A stretch of DNA of 64,000 nt from Gemmatimonas sp. (GTDB lineage Bacteria; Gemmatimonadota; Gemmatimonadetes; Gemmatimonadales; Gemmatimonadaceae), in the NCBI GenBank assembly GCA_965279375.1, contig OZ257156.1, positions 3,456,001 to 3,520,000 of the forward strand, written 5' to 3'. This document shows positions 19,963 through 29,732 of this stretch, one piece after another. Numbering within the stretch: position 1 is the stretch's first letter; the number at the start of each line of letters is the position of its first letter. Both the position numbers and the translations under genes were made by a program. The notes beneath the pieces were generated by a model, which was not told the origin of the DNA, ran no database searches, and was given only the letters and a program-made list of their open reading frames with translations.

Positions 19963-20028
19963 TTACCGGGCGTCGATCAGGAGATCGTTTGCCCAGGCCG
20001 AGCCGGCAAAGGGACGGGATTTAGACAA
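19963..20028 (-). CDS. Putative 21-aa small peptide MSKSRPFAGSAWANDLLIDAR (TTG start), or an sRNA
   Basis: Perfect extended Shine-Dalgarno AGGAGGTGAT, with AGGAGG 7 nt before TTG. TAA at 19963-19965 is followed by the terminator hairpin. Confidence 0.45.
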   Translation of the reverse strand: MSKSRPFAGSAWANDLLIDAR

Positions 20029-20411
20029 TTGATCACCTCCTGATAAAAAAGGGTGGGACTTCGGGCGGAAACCGAGATCCAGCAGGTCGTACAACGGCAG
20101 CTACAACTGCAACAGCACGCGGCGCTCCTCCGCGATGAGGCCAGAGTATGAAGATCGTCGGCTCTTCGCAAGTCGGAAGTTTCCGACATTGCAGCCATCT
20201 CGCACTGCTTTGTGATGTGCCTCGCATCCAGTCCCCACGGGTCATGCTGCGTTGCCGCGCGGATGGTTGGCGCACAACATTCTGCGCGACGGAAACGCTC
20301 CCCGCGCCGACGCCACGTCGGCTCCGCCGCTGCCTGTACCCTGAGACATCGCTGAGACCCCCACCTATGCACACAGTTCATTCGGCGCATGAACCGCGCG
20401 TCATCCGCTTG

Positions 20412-22634
20412 ATGCACGCGCGTTCGCTCGCTGGTCCCGCCGCGGCCCTGATCGCGGCCGCGCTGGCAGCACCACTTGCTGCACCGCTGCACGCGCAGTC
20501 CAAGGCACCGCGCCCGATGGCGCTCGCTGATTGGTATCGTGTGAACACCGTCAGTTCTCCGACCATCTCGCCCGACGGCAAGCGCATCGCGATGACGGTG
20601 ACCAGCGTGAAGGAATCGGAGAATCGTCGCCACAACGAGGTGTGGGTGGTGGGCGTGAACGGCGGCGCGCCGGAGCGCTGGACGTCGCCGAGTACGGAGA
20701 GCGCGAACCCACGATGGTCGGCGGACGGCAAGTATCTGTTCTTCACCTCGCAGCGACCGGGTGGGAAGGGGAATACGTGGGCCGTGCGACTCGATCAGCC
20801 GGGTGGCGAAGCGATCCAGCTGGAGACGTACCCCAACGGCTCGATGCCATCGAATGGTGCATTCGCCGTGTTCTCTGAGCCGGCCAGGCTCGACAGCGCT
20901 CGAAGCGCGCCTGATCCCTTCGCGCGCATGCAGCCGATGGCACATCCGACGTACGACGCGATCACGCGCCCGGCCGATGCCGCGCGGTTCGACGGACGTC
21001 ACGTGACGGACATGTCGTACAAGGTGAACGGTGCGGGCTTCGTGCCCGGGCGTCGTGTGGCGCGGAGCTGGCGTCCGCAGCAGCTGTGGCGTCAGACGGT
21101 TGGCGACACCGCCAAGCGCATGCTCACCAACACGAAGTACTCGCATCGGTCGGCCACGGTATCGCCGGACGGATCGTTGATCGCGTTTCTCGCGGACGCG
21201 AAGCTGCGTCCCGATTCGGTGGTGGATCTCGAGCGTGATTCGTTGGCGAAGCTGCCGTACAACAAGGTGCGCGACGAGGCGGAACGAAACGACGTGGACA
21301 TCTACGTCATGAGCGCCAACGGCGGTGAGCCGCGCAAGGTGACGGAGTGGATGGGCGCGGAGTCGAACCTCGCGTGGTCGGCGGACGGCAAGACGCTGGC
21401 GTTCGTTGGGCGACCGGGCCGTGTGCAGTCATCTCGCCTGTACACGGTGAGTGTCGATGGCGGCGCGCCCAAGAATCTGATTGGCACATGGCAGTACGAG
21501 CCGAGCGACTTCGAATGGCTGCCGAATGGCCGGCTGATGTTCGCCGCGGAGATTGGCGGACGCACGGCGCTTCTCGAAGCGGATCTGACTGGCAAGGCGG
21601 CGCCGAAGGAGATCGTGGGAGGCCGGCGGCAGTTGCGCGGCATGGCGTTCGATCCGTCGGGCAAGCTGATGGCGTACACCAGCACGTCGATGACCAAGCC
21701 GACAGAGCTGTTCGTCGCGAATGCGGATGGAACGGGCGAGCGTCAGCTCACGAACTTCAACGCCGACGTGAACGCTGAGGTCGCGTGGAGCGACGCGGAG
21801 CGCTTCACGTACAAGAGCGTCGGGAACCTCGAGATCGAAGGCTGGCTGATGAAGCCGCACGGCTACGAGGCGGGAAAGAAGTATCCGATGGTGATCTACA
21901 TCCACGGCGGTCCGCACTCATCGTATGGCGAAGGCTGGTTCGACGAGTTCCAGAATCTGGCGGCGCAGGGGATGTTCGTGCTCTTCACGAATCCGCGCGG
22001 CTCGAGCGGCTACGGCGCACCGTTCACGTACAGCACGCGCGGCCGCTGGGGCATGGAAGACTATGAAGACCTGATGAAGGCGGTGGACATCGTCGCCAAG
22101 CGTCCGGACGTCGACTCCACCCGCATGGGCGCGACCGGTGGCTCGTACGGCGGCTTCATGACCACGTGGCTGGCGACCAAGACACAGCGCTTCAAGGCGA
22201 TCGAGACCGACCGCACGATCACCGACTGGACGTACTGGTACGGCTCGAGCGATGCGCAGGGGCTGACCGAGTTCGAGTTCTACGGCAAGCCGTGGGACAA
22301 CCAGAAGCTCTACGACACGCTCTCGCCCATTCGCTACGTGAGCAAGGTGAAGACGCCGATGTTGCTGGTGCAGAGCGAGGAAGATCATCGCACGCCGATG
22401 GGCAGCGCGGAGATCTGGTTCATGTCGCTCAAGAAGCAGGGCGTGCCGGTGGAAATGGTGCGTTACCCGCGCTCCACACATGACCTGTCGCGCACCGGCG
22501 AGCCGTGGCTGCTCGTTGACCGTCTCGGCCGCATCCGCCAGTGGTTTGCGTACTGGCTGCAGGGCGAGAAGCCCAAGGATCCGCCGGTCACGCGCGCGCG
22601 GCGGCCGGGGCCTCGCAGCCGTAACGGCGGATAA
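20412..22634 (+). CDS. S9 family (S9C-like) exported serine peptidase
   Basis: Beta-propeller repeats 'SPDG/WSADG', 'IHGGP', and catalytic 'GGSYGG', 'EEDHR', 'STHDL'. Start is 20367 or 20412. Confidence 0.9.
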   Translation: MHARSLAGPAAALIAAALAAPLAAPLHAQSKAPRPMALADWYRVNTVSSPTISPDGKRIAMTVTSVKESENRRHNEVWVVGVNGGAPERWTSPSTESANPRWSADGKYLFFTSQRPGGKGNTWAVRLDQPGGEAIQLETYPNGSMPSNGAFAVFSEPARLDSARSAPDPFARMQPMAHPTYDAITRPADAARFDGRHVTDMSYKVNGAGFVPGRRVARSWRPQQLWRQTVGDTAKRMLTNTKYSHRSATVSPDGSLIAFLADAKLRPDSVVDLERDSLAKLPYNKVRDEAERNDVDIYVMSANGGEPRKVTEWMGAESNLAWSADGKTLAFVGRPGRVQSSRLYTVSVDGGAPKNLIGTWQYEPSDFEWLPNGRLMFAAEIGGRTALLEADLTGKAAPKEIVGGRRQLRGMAFDPSGKLMAYTSTSMTKPTELFVANADGTGERQLTNFNADVNAEVAWSDAERFTYKSVGNLEIEGWLMKPHGYEAGKKYPMVIYIHGGPHSSYGEGWFDEFQNLAAQGMFVLFTNPRGSSGYGAPFTYSTRGRWGMEDYEDLMKAVDIVAKRPDVDSTRMGATGGSYGGFMTTWLATKTQRFKAIETDRTITDWTYWYGSSDAQGLTEFEFYGKPWDNQKLYDTLSPIRYVSKVKTPMLLVQSEEDHRTPMGSAEIWFMSLKKQGVPVEMVRYPRSTHDLSRTGEPWLLVDRLGRIRQWFAYWLQGEKPKDPPVTRARRPGPRSRNGG

Positions 22635-22648
22635 AGCGGATAGAAACA

Positions 22649-22786
22649 GACAACAGCCGAACTGCGGTCACGGATAAGAGCTGATCTTTACCACGGAGCG
22701 CAGGGATCTGTCCCGTGTGTCGGAAAGATCCCTGCGCTCCGCTCTGAGAATCAGTTGTTATCCGCGACCGCAGTTCGGCTGTTGTC
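22649..22786. repeat. Long nested inverted repeat (REPIN/MITE-like or structured RNA)
   Basis: Perfect 21-bp outer arms 22649-22669/22766-22786, perfect 16-bp inner arms 22694-22709/22726-22741, and CGGATAA/TTATCCG and CTGAT/ATCAG pairs between them. Confidence 0.8.
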
Positions 22787-22816
22787 CGTTCGTATCGCAG
22801 TTAAAATCCGGTGCAC

Positions 22817-25324
22817 CTACGGGCGGATGACCTCCACGGTCTCCGCCCGTTTTGTGATGGCGGCCTTGCTGTACGGCAACGGCGCGTACGTCCCGCGTGT
22901 CCACGGCAGGAACAAGTCGCGATAGTGCGCCGTGCGTGGATCGCCGCTCTGGCCAGGTGTGTTGGTGACGGTTGCGGTCTCCCAGTCAGCGAGATCCATG
23001 ACCACGCGCAGACTCGCGCCGGCTGTCTGGTTGTCCGTGTTGCCCGTCGCATTGAGCGTGTTGCCGTACCCACCACGAGGGGCAGGGCCCGGCGACAGCC
23101 AGCTTCGCAGCGAATCGTTGACGGCGCCGTCGAGCGGGTGCGCGATGCGCACGTGATGAAAACCAGCCTGGCCGTAGTTCCAGCCTGACATCGACGGACC
23201 GAATCGCAGAATGAGCGTGGTCACCGCATCTGCGAATGAGCGCGCGAGCAGCGCATCGCGCGTGTTGGCCGATGAACCTCCGTTCGCGCTGCCCAGCACC
23301 GTGTCCGCGCTCGCCAACCACTCCGTCATCCGACTCAACGGCACGCTGCGCATGACATCGCGCACACGTGCCGGCACTGCGGCTGCGCTCACCATGCGTG
23401 TGAGAGAGCGCTCCCACATTGCGTAGATGCCGGCGCCCACGGAGTTGGCGGCCAGCACACCATTCCACGCACGCAGTGAGTCGAGCGCCAGCTTGGCCAC
23501 GCCGCCTTCCACCATCCCATCGCGCAGCATCGGCACCAGCGCTCGCGCAGCCACTGGCGTCTCGTCATGCTGCAATCGTTGCGACGCGATCACGTCGGCC
23601 TTGCGCGTGGTGTCCAACACTTCGGTCAATCGCTGCAGCCGCCATGGCTCCGCCCAGCTCCGCGCGATGGCGTCGTTGTGTGCATAGCTCGGCGGCACGT
23701 TCCACGCATTGGCCGTCCCGAAGAAGCTGATGTCCGGCGATGCTGCATGCGGCAACTCCGCGACGGGCAGATAGCCACTCCACTCGAAGCGTCCGTCGCC
23801 AGGAACTGGCACCAGTCCGTCCCATGCCTTGCGTACCGGCGCGATCCCCGCCGACTGCCAGCCGATCGCGCCAGAGGTATCGGCCCACACCCAGTTGAGC
23901 GTTGGCATGTGTGCGTAGCCCAACGCCGAGCGAAACTCCTTCCACGTGCGCGCCTGATCGATGCGCAGGCTCGCGAGATACGGCGCACCACCTGCCTCGG
24001 CCCATGCGGCGCGCAGCGCGACTGCGACATGTTTGGTGGAATCCTCGAACAGCACCGGCCCGTGTCGAGTGAAGTGCAGCGTGACGGCCACTGGCGCGCC
24101 GCCGCGCACCCGGATCGTGTCGCGCTCCACCCGCATGCGCTCCAAGCGCCCGCGATAGCGATAGGCCAACGGATCGCGTGCGTCGATCGAGTACGTATAC
24201 AAGTCCTCGGTGTCGATGCCGAAGATCGTGAGTCCCCACGCGCCATGTTCGTTGTGCCCGATGGCGACACCGGGAATCGCCGGCTCGCCACCGCCGATCA
24301 CATTCCACCCCGGCGCCGTGAGATGCACGAGGTATCGCAACGACGGAGTGGTGATCGTGCGATGCGGATCGTTGGCGACGATCGGACGTCCAGAGGCCGT
24401 CTTGCTCCCCGCGATCACCCAGTTGTTGCTCTGCCACGGATCCGCCGGCTCGGCATTGGCCGATGTCAGATCGAGCGCATCGTTGGGAGCACTCGCCGCC
24501 CCGGTCTCAGTGCTGCTCGCCCCGGACGCCCGTCGTACCGATGCCACCACGTCCTCGGCGCGAAAGGCCGGCGCGTTCTTGAACGCATCGTAGACGGCCA
24601 TCAACGCGTCGTCGGTTCCCGCATCGAGCAGCGCGGTGATCGCTGAATCGATCGCCAGCTTGGCAGGGCCCGGCTCGTATCGCCGACGCCGCGCCACAGC
24701 CGCGTCGCCAATGGCACGTACGGCGCGCGCGGTGGCCGTTTCCTCGCGCGCGTTGGAGGCCAGCGCATTGTGACGCGAGATGACGATCGCCGGTGTCCAC
24801 AGGCCGGGGGTGATGCCGAGCCATCCCAACTCGGGCGGCAACAGGGTGCTGTCGCGCTGTACACGACGCACGTACGCGTTCACGCCATCCACGAACGCGC
24901 CGATGATCGCCACACCACGCGGATGATAGTGCGAGAGCTCTTTCGTCATGTCGCCGCGGTAGCGCAACAAGCGCGACGCACGGTCCCGCGCCACCCAGCG
25001 CGGTCCCAGCGCTTCCGCCATCGTGCCCGTCGCCTGCCGTCGCCAGAGCTCCAGCTGAAAGAGTCGATCACGGGCTGCGCTGTACCCCTGCGCGAAAAAC
25101 AGATCGTGCTCGTTGCGCGCATCGATGTGCACGATGCCCGCCGAGTCGCGTGTCATCGTCACCGGTGCCCGCAGTCCGGCAACGCGCAGTTCCGGACTGC
25201 TTCCCTGTCCACGCAATGTCGCGGGGGCCACGAGCACCCCGAGGCACGCCGTGATGAGCGCGACCGTCTGCCGTGTCGAGTGGGCGCGCCGTGGCGAACG
25301 TGCGTTGGAGCTGAACGCGATCAT
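22817..25324 (-). CDS. Penicillin acylase family (peptidase S45) Ntn-hydrolase
   Basis: 'FAQGY..ARDRLFQLELWRR', beta-chain start 'SNNWVI.G', 'ANDPH' and C-terminal 'PGQSGDP...HYRD'. Confidence 0.92.
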   Translation of the reverse strand: MIAFSSNARSPRRAHSTRQTVALITACLGVLVAPATLRGQGSSPELRVAGLRAPVTMTRDSAGIVHIDARNEHDLFFAQGYSAARDRLFQLELWRRQATGTMAEALGPRWVARDRASRLLRYRGDMTKELSHYHPRGVAIIGAFVDGVNAYVRRVQRDSTLLPPELGWLGITPGLWTPAIVISRHNALASNAREETATARAVRAIGDAAVARRRRYEPGPAKLAIDSAITALLDAGTDDALMAVYDAFKNAPAFRAEDVVASVRRASGASSTETGAASAPNDALDLTSANAEPADPWQSNNWVIAGSKTASGRPIVANDPHRTITTPSLRYLVHLTAPGWNVIGGGEPAIPGVAIGHNEHGAWGLTIFGIDTEDLYTYSIDARDPLAYRYRGRLERMRVERDTIRVRGGAPVAVTLHFTRHGPVLFEDSTKHVAVALRAAWAEAGGAPYLASLRIDQARTWKEFRSALGYAHMPTLNWVWADTSGAIGWQSAGIAPVRKAWDGLVPVPGDGRFEWSGYLPVAELPHAASPDISFFGTANAWNVPPSYAHNDAIARSWAEPWRLQRLTEVLDTTRKADVIASQRLQHDETPVAARALVPMLRDGMVEGGVAKLALDSLRAWNGVLAANSVGAGIYAMWERSLTRMVSAAAVPARVRDVMRSVPLSRMTEWLASADTVLGSANGGSSANTRDALLARSFADAVTTLILRFGPSMSGWNYGQAGFHHVRIAHPLDGAVNDSLRSWLSPGPAPRGGYGNTLNATGNTDNQTAGASLRVVMDLADWETATVTNTPGQSGDPRTAHYRDLFLPWTRGTYAPLPYSKAAITKRAETVEVIRP

Positions 25325-25326
25325 CG

Positions 25327-26376
25327 TCAGAGTGGAGTGGGGGAAGTGGAGGCATACCGAACTGGCGATGCAGCCTCGAGTGAGGATAGCGACCCAAAGG
25401 CCGCGGCAAACTCGGCGACGATCTCTGCGGCGGGACGAATGTCGTCGATCGCATCGACGCTGCGTCCGGCCTGCCAGTAGTCCTGATTGCTACCGGCAAC
25501 GCTCGACTGCTTGAGCTGCCGCAGCGAACGCAGCGCGTAGAAGGTGCGAATCCAGTGCTTGAAGCGACGATGGCGAAACATCCATCGTGAGATCGGACCC
25601 ACGCTCGTGCCCAGTCGCTCCACGTATGGCGTACGCAGCACCGACACCGGCACGCCGGTAAGTCGTTCGGTAAGGACGACATCGTTGGCGTGCGCGCTGA
25701 CAATCGCGCGTTTGTAGGCTTCGTCCGCGTTGCACTCAGTCGTGGCGATGAAGCGCGTTCCCAGTTGCACTCCCGCGTATCCCATTGCGAGGATGTCCCG
25801 CAACTGCGACGCCTGCCCAATGCCGCCCGCAGCGACGATCGGCAGACCCAGATCTCCCACTTCGTCGAAGAGCGCCTGCGCACTGCGTGAGCCGGTGTGT
25901 CCACCGGCCTCGCGATTGACTGCCACGAGCCCATCCACGCCGCCATCGCGCCCCTTGAGCGCCCATTTGCGCTCGGTGATGTCGTGGTAGACCACACCGC
26001 CGACCGCGTGCACCCGGTCGACCACCCAGCGCGGGTTGCCCAGCGACGTCAGAAAGAATCGCACACCTTCTTCAAGCGCGATCTCGACCCAGCGCACCAT
26101 GCGATTGTGATACGTGGTGCTCGATGCTTCGATGAGTGCGTTGAACCCGATCGGGCGTCCACCGGAGATCTCGAGAATGCGGCGCAGGCCAGCGCGGAAT
26201 TCGTGGCCGTGTACATACGTGAGTGAGATCGGCTGCACGACGCCCAAGGCGCCCGCACCACTCACCGCACCAACTAACTCTGGATTGCTGCAGGGGTACA
26301 TCGGGCCACAGATGAGCGGTACCGAGATGCCGGTATGGCGCATGAGCGCGGTCGACGAGACCGGTGCGCTCGGCAT
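25327..26376 (-). CDS. Nitronate monooxygenase / 2-nitropropane dioxygenase-like flavoprotein
   Basis: 'PELVGAVSGAGALG', 'EAGGH', 'AAGGI' and 'GVQLGTRFIATTE'. Confidence 0.88.
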   Translation of the reverse strand: MPSAPVSSTALMRHTGISVPLICGPMYPCSNPELVGAVSGAGALGVVQPISLTYVHGHEFRAGLRRILEISGGRPIGFNALIEASSTTYHNRMVRWVEIALEEGVRFFLTSLGNPRWVVDRVHAVGGVVYHDITERKWALKGRDGGVDGLVAVNREAGGHTGSRSAQALFDEVGDLGLPIVAAGGIGQASQLRDILAMGYAGVQLGTRFIATTECNADEAYKRAIVSAHANDVVLTERLTGVPVSVLRTPYVERLGTSVGPISRWMFRHRRFKHWIRTFYALRSLRQLKQSSVAGSNQDYWQAGRSVDAIDDIRPAAEIVAEFAAAFGSLSSLEAASPVRYASTSPTPL

Positions 26377-26966
26377 CAACCCGCCGCCGCGGCCGCGGCC
26401 GCCGCAGCCGAGACGATGGCTGCGGTGGTGGCATCGCTGTCGGTGGGCGAGGCACCGTCCGACGACGCGTCTGCGCGCTCTGACGCCGCAGGTGACAGCC
26501 GCCACTGCACCGTGCACGTTGCCACCACGTCGCCCGCCGCATCGCTGATCGTCGCCGTGACCGCTTGCGTGATCGTTTCGCTGATCGACAGTGGCGGCGT
26601 CGCGCGCGTCACCGCGACGAGCGTGCCACGCGCCTTCTTGACGTACTCGATCGAGAGCCCCGTGACGATGCCGCGCACGCCTGCCGGCAGTGCAGTCATG
26701 AGCGCGACGCCACTCGTCATTTCGGCGAGGTTGACCAGCGCGACCGCGTGAATCGACGCGAGGTGGTTGCGCACCGACTTTCGGTCGCGGAGCTCCACGC
26801 GCGCGTAGCCGGGCGCGATGTCGGTGAACACACCGCCGATCGTACCGGTGTATGGCGCCGTGCGGCCGACGACCCAACTGAACAGACGCTTCCCGAAGGG
26901 GAGGCGGGCGAGGCGTTCCCACTGGCGCAGCAACTCGCGACCGGGTGACGGGTTGGCGCGTGCCAT
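26376..26966 (-). CDS. Hotdog-fold thioesterase (DUF4442/PaaI-like)
   Basis: 'APYTGTI', 'VRNHLASIHAVAL.NLAE' and 'IEYVKKARG'. Confidence 0.8.
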   Translation of the reverse strand: MARANPSPGRELLRQWERLARLPFGKRLFSWVVGRTAPYTGTIGGVFTDIAPGYARVELRDRKSVRNHLASIHAVALVNLAEMTSGVALMTALPAGVRGIVTGLSIEYVKKARGTLVAVTRATPPLSISETITQAVTATISDAAGDVVATCTVQWRLSPAASERADASSDGASPTDSDATTAAIVSAAAAAAAAAG

Positions 26967-27075
26967 GGAGGGCGAGATGTGGGGAGGCGGTGGGAACGCT
27001 GCGATCTGCGGCGAGATTAGGTTACCAGCCGCGCCCGTTGGTTGCCAATCGACCGGATCCGAGAAAGACTCACGC

Positions 27076-28527
27076 ATGACCGTGCTCATCACCGGCGCAA
27101 CCGGATACATCGGCGGGCGCCTGACGTCGCGTCTGGTCGAGCGGGGCATCAAGGTGCGCCTGCTCGTGCGTGATGCGCGGCGTATTCGCGGTCGCTGGTG
27201 GGAGCACGACGTCGAAGTCGTGACGGGCGATCTCTTTGACGCGGCGTCGCTGGAGCGAGCGCTCGACGGCGTGGAGCAGGCGTACTACCTCGTGCACAGC
27301 ATGACGGACGCCGATGACTTCGCCGAACGCGATCGCATCGCGGCGCGCAACTTCGTCCACGCTGGCCGCCACCTGCGACACGTCATTTACCTTGGCGGGC
27401 TGGTGCCGGAGGCCGCCGACGTCTCTCGGCATCTGCAAAGCCGCGGCGAGACGGGGGCGATTCTGCGCGGTGGACTGCCCACCACGGAGTTCCGCGCGGG
27501 ACCCATCGTGGGATCAGGATCGGCGTCGTTCGAGATGGTGCGCTATCTGACCGAGCGTCTGCCGTTCATGGTCGCCCCCAAGTGGATCGTGAATCAGGTG
27601 CAGCCGATCGCGGTGCGCGACGTGCTGACGTATCTGATGGCAGCGCGTGAGCAGGAACCGTCGGGCATCGTCGAGATCGGTGGCGCCGATCGGCTGTCGT
27701 TTCGCGACATGCTTCAGGGGTACGCCGCCGTGCGCGGCCTGCGGCGCACCATCCTCCCGATCCCGGTGCTCGCGCCAGCGCTGGCCGCGCTCTGGATCGA
27801 CCGCATCACCCCGATTCCGCGTCGCCTCGCCGAACCGCTGGTCGAGGGCATCGCGCACCCGGTACTGGCGGATACCACCAAGGCGCGCGAGCTCTTCCCG
27901 GACATTCACCCGATGCCGTACGCCAAGGCCGTCGAGCGGGCGCTGGCGCGCATGAACGAGCATGCCGTGGAGTCGCGCTGGAGCGACGCGTTGGGCGACC
28001 AAACGGGCTATGAGCTGCGCGATCGGGAGGGCGTGCTCGAAGAGACGCGCTCCATCTATGTCGAGGCGCAGCCGGATCAGGTGTTTCGCGCGTTCTGCCG
28101 ATTGGGTGGCGAACAGGGGTGGCTGGTGTACGATGTCCTCTGGCGCATTCGCGGCTTCATCGACCGGCTGGTGGGCGGCCCGGGACTGCGGCGCGGTCGT
28201 CGCGATCCGGCGTGGCTCTACCTCGGCGAGGCGGTCGATTTCTGGCGCGTCGAGATGGTCGAGCGACCGCGCATTCTGCGGCTGCGCGCCGAGATGAAGA
28301 TCCCTGGCCACGCATGGCTGCAGTTCACCGCGGTGCAAGAGGGAAGCGGCACGCGTCTCATTCAGACCGCGCTCTTTGCCCCGCGTGGGCTCTTCGGTTT
28401 GGCGTACTGGTATGCGATGTTTCCGGCCCACCTTTTCATCTTTGGCGATATGGCGAAGGCAGTGGCGCGGTTGGCGCTCAAGGAACCCGTGACCGCGATC
28501 GAACCGAGACTCGGGGCGACCGCGTAA
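27076..28527 (+). CDS. Atypical SDR oxidoreductase with C-terminal DUF2867 (YbjT-like)
   Basis: 'ITGATGYIG', 'AYYLVHSM', 'GSGSASFE' and 'LRAEMKIPG.AWL.F'. Confidence 0.88.
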   Translation: MTVLITGATGYIGGRLTSRLVERGIKVRLLVRDARRIRGRWWEHDVEVVTGDLFDAASLERALDGVEQAYYLVHSMTDADDFAERDRIAARNFVHAGRHLRHVIYLGGLVPEAADVSRHLQSRGETGAILRGGLPTTEFRAGPIVGSGSASFEMVRYLTERLPFMVAPKWIVNQVQPIAVRDVLTYLMAAREQEPSGIVEIGGADRLSFRDMLQGYAAVRGLRRTILPIPVLAPALAALWIDRITPIPRRLAEPLVEGIAHPVLADTTKARELFPDIHPMPYAKAVERALARMNEHAVESRWSDALGDQTGYELRDREGVLEETRSIYVEAQPDQVFRAFCRLGGEQGWLVYDVLWRIRGFIDRLVGGPGLRRGRRDPAWLYLGEAVDFWRVEMVERPRILRLRAEMKIPGHAWLQFTAVQEGSGTRLIQTALFAPRGLFGLAYWYAMFPAHLFIFGDMAKAVARLALKEPVTAIEPRLGATA

Positions 28528-29732
28528 TGGCTGGCGTCGATCCGTTCCGCGTCGCTGGCTTGGCGCTGTTGGCGCTCCAGGTGCCGGCGCTGCTGCTGCT
28601 CCTATCGCGCCTGATGCCCGGCCGCACGCGACGTCCGCCCGTGGAGCCGCTCCGTACACCGCGCCGCGACACCACGGTCACCGTCGTGGTGGCCACGCTC
28701 AACGAGGCCAAGCGTATCGGTCCGTGCCTCGAAGGGCTGATGGCGCAAACCGACCCGATGCTCGAAGTGCTCGTGGTCGACAGCCGCTCCACCGATGGCA
28801 CGCGCGAACTCGTGCAATCGGCCGCTGAGCGCGATCCGCGCATACGTCTGCTCACCGACGATCCGCTGCCGGAAGGATGGGTTGGAAAGGTGTGGGCACT
28901 CGACACGGGGCTGCGCCACGCCAAGGGCGAGTGGGTGCTCGGTATCGATGCGGACACGATGCCTGAGACAGGCCTCGTTGGTGCGGTCGTAACGGCGATG
29001 GAAGTCGACCGCTACGATGTGGCGTCGTTCGCGCCGCGCTTCATGAACCAGAGTTCAGGCGAGCGCTTCGTGCAGCCGGCGATGTTGGTGACGCTCGTCT
29101 ATCGTTGCGGCGCCGCCGGTGCCACACAACCGCCGCCGGATCGCGTGCTGGCCAATGGGCAGTGCTTCATGGCTCGGCGTTCGTTGCTCGAGCAGCACGG
29201 CGGCTATGCGCCAGCCCGCGCGTCGTTCTCCGATGACGTCACGCTCGCCCGCCATCTCGCGGCGCGTGGTGCTCGGGTTGGATTTCTCGACGGCTCGCGC
29301 ATCATCTCGGTGCGGTCGTACTCGTCGCTCAGCGAAATGTGGCGCGAGTGGGGACGCAGCTTCGACCTCAAGGACGCCACGCCGATGTGGCGGCGGTGGG
29401 TGGACGTGGTGATGGTCTGGTGCGTGCAGGCGCTGCCGGTGCCGATGCTGCTCGTGCTGAGCGTGCTCATGCTCGTGACCTACGCGCCGGGCGCCTCAGG
29501 CGCCAACTGGCCGCTCCTGCAGGCGCTGGTGCTGGTCAACGCGTCGGCGCTCTCCGTCCGGCTGATGTTGCTCTACGCTCTCCGCGGCTGTTACGCGGAG
29601 CGCGGGGCGCCGTTCTGGTTCTCGTGGCTGGCCGATATTCCTGCCGCGTGGCGCCTCACGCAGAGCACGGCCAAGGTGCCCAAGAGCTGGCGCGGACGTG
29701 TGTACCCGGCAATGGCCGTCGGGGACCGCTAG
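28527..29732 (+). CDS. Membrane glycosyltransferase family 2 (CruG/CrtQ-like)
   Basis: 'LNEA.RI', 'VVDSRSTDGT', 'GWVGK.WA', DxD 'IDAD', 'ANGQC' and 'SDD', with N- and C-terminal TM helices. Confidence 0.82.
   Translation: MAGVDPFRVAGLALLALQVPALLLLLSRLMPGRTRRPPVEPLRTPRRDTTVTVVVATLNEAKRIGPCLEGLMAQTDPMLEVLVVDSRSTDGTRELVQSAAERDPRIRLLTDDPLPEGWVGKVWALDTGLRHAKGEWVLGIDADTMPETGLVGAVVTAMEVDRYDVASFAPRFMNQSSGERFVQPAMLVTLVYRCGAAGATQPPPDRVLANGQCFMARRSLLEQHGGYAPARASFSDDVTLARHLAARGARVGFLDGSRIISVRSYSSLSEMWREWGRSFDLKDATPMWRRWVDVVMVWCVQALPVPMLLVLSVLMLVTYAPGASGANWPLLQALVLVNASALSVRLMLLYALRGCYAERGAPFWFSWLADIPAAWRLTQSTAKVPKSWRGRVYPAMAVGDR

Noticed and set aside
20031..20041. GATCACCTCCT as a 16S rRNA 3' fragment
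   Set aside because: Flanking sequence has no rRNA similarity. It is better explained as a minus-strand Shine-Dalgarno sequence.
22627..22810. CRISPR array or DnaA boxes (TTATCCG-like words)
   Set aside because: The repeats are inverted, not direct repeats with spacers, and no cas genes are present. The words deviate from the DnaA box and are part of the palindrome arms.
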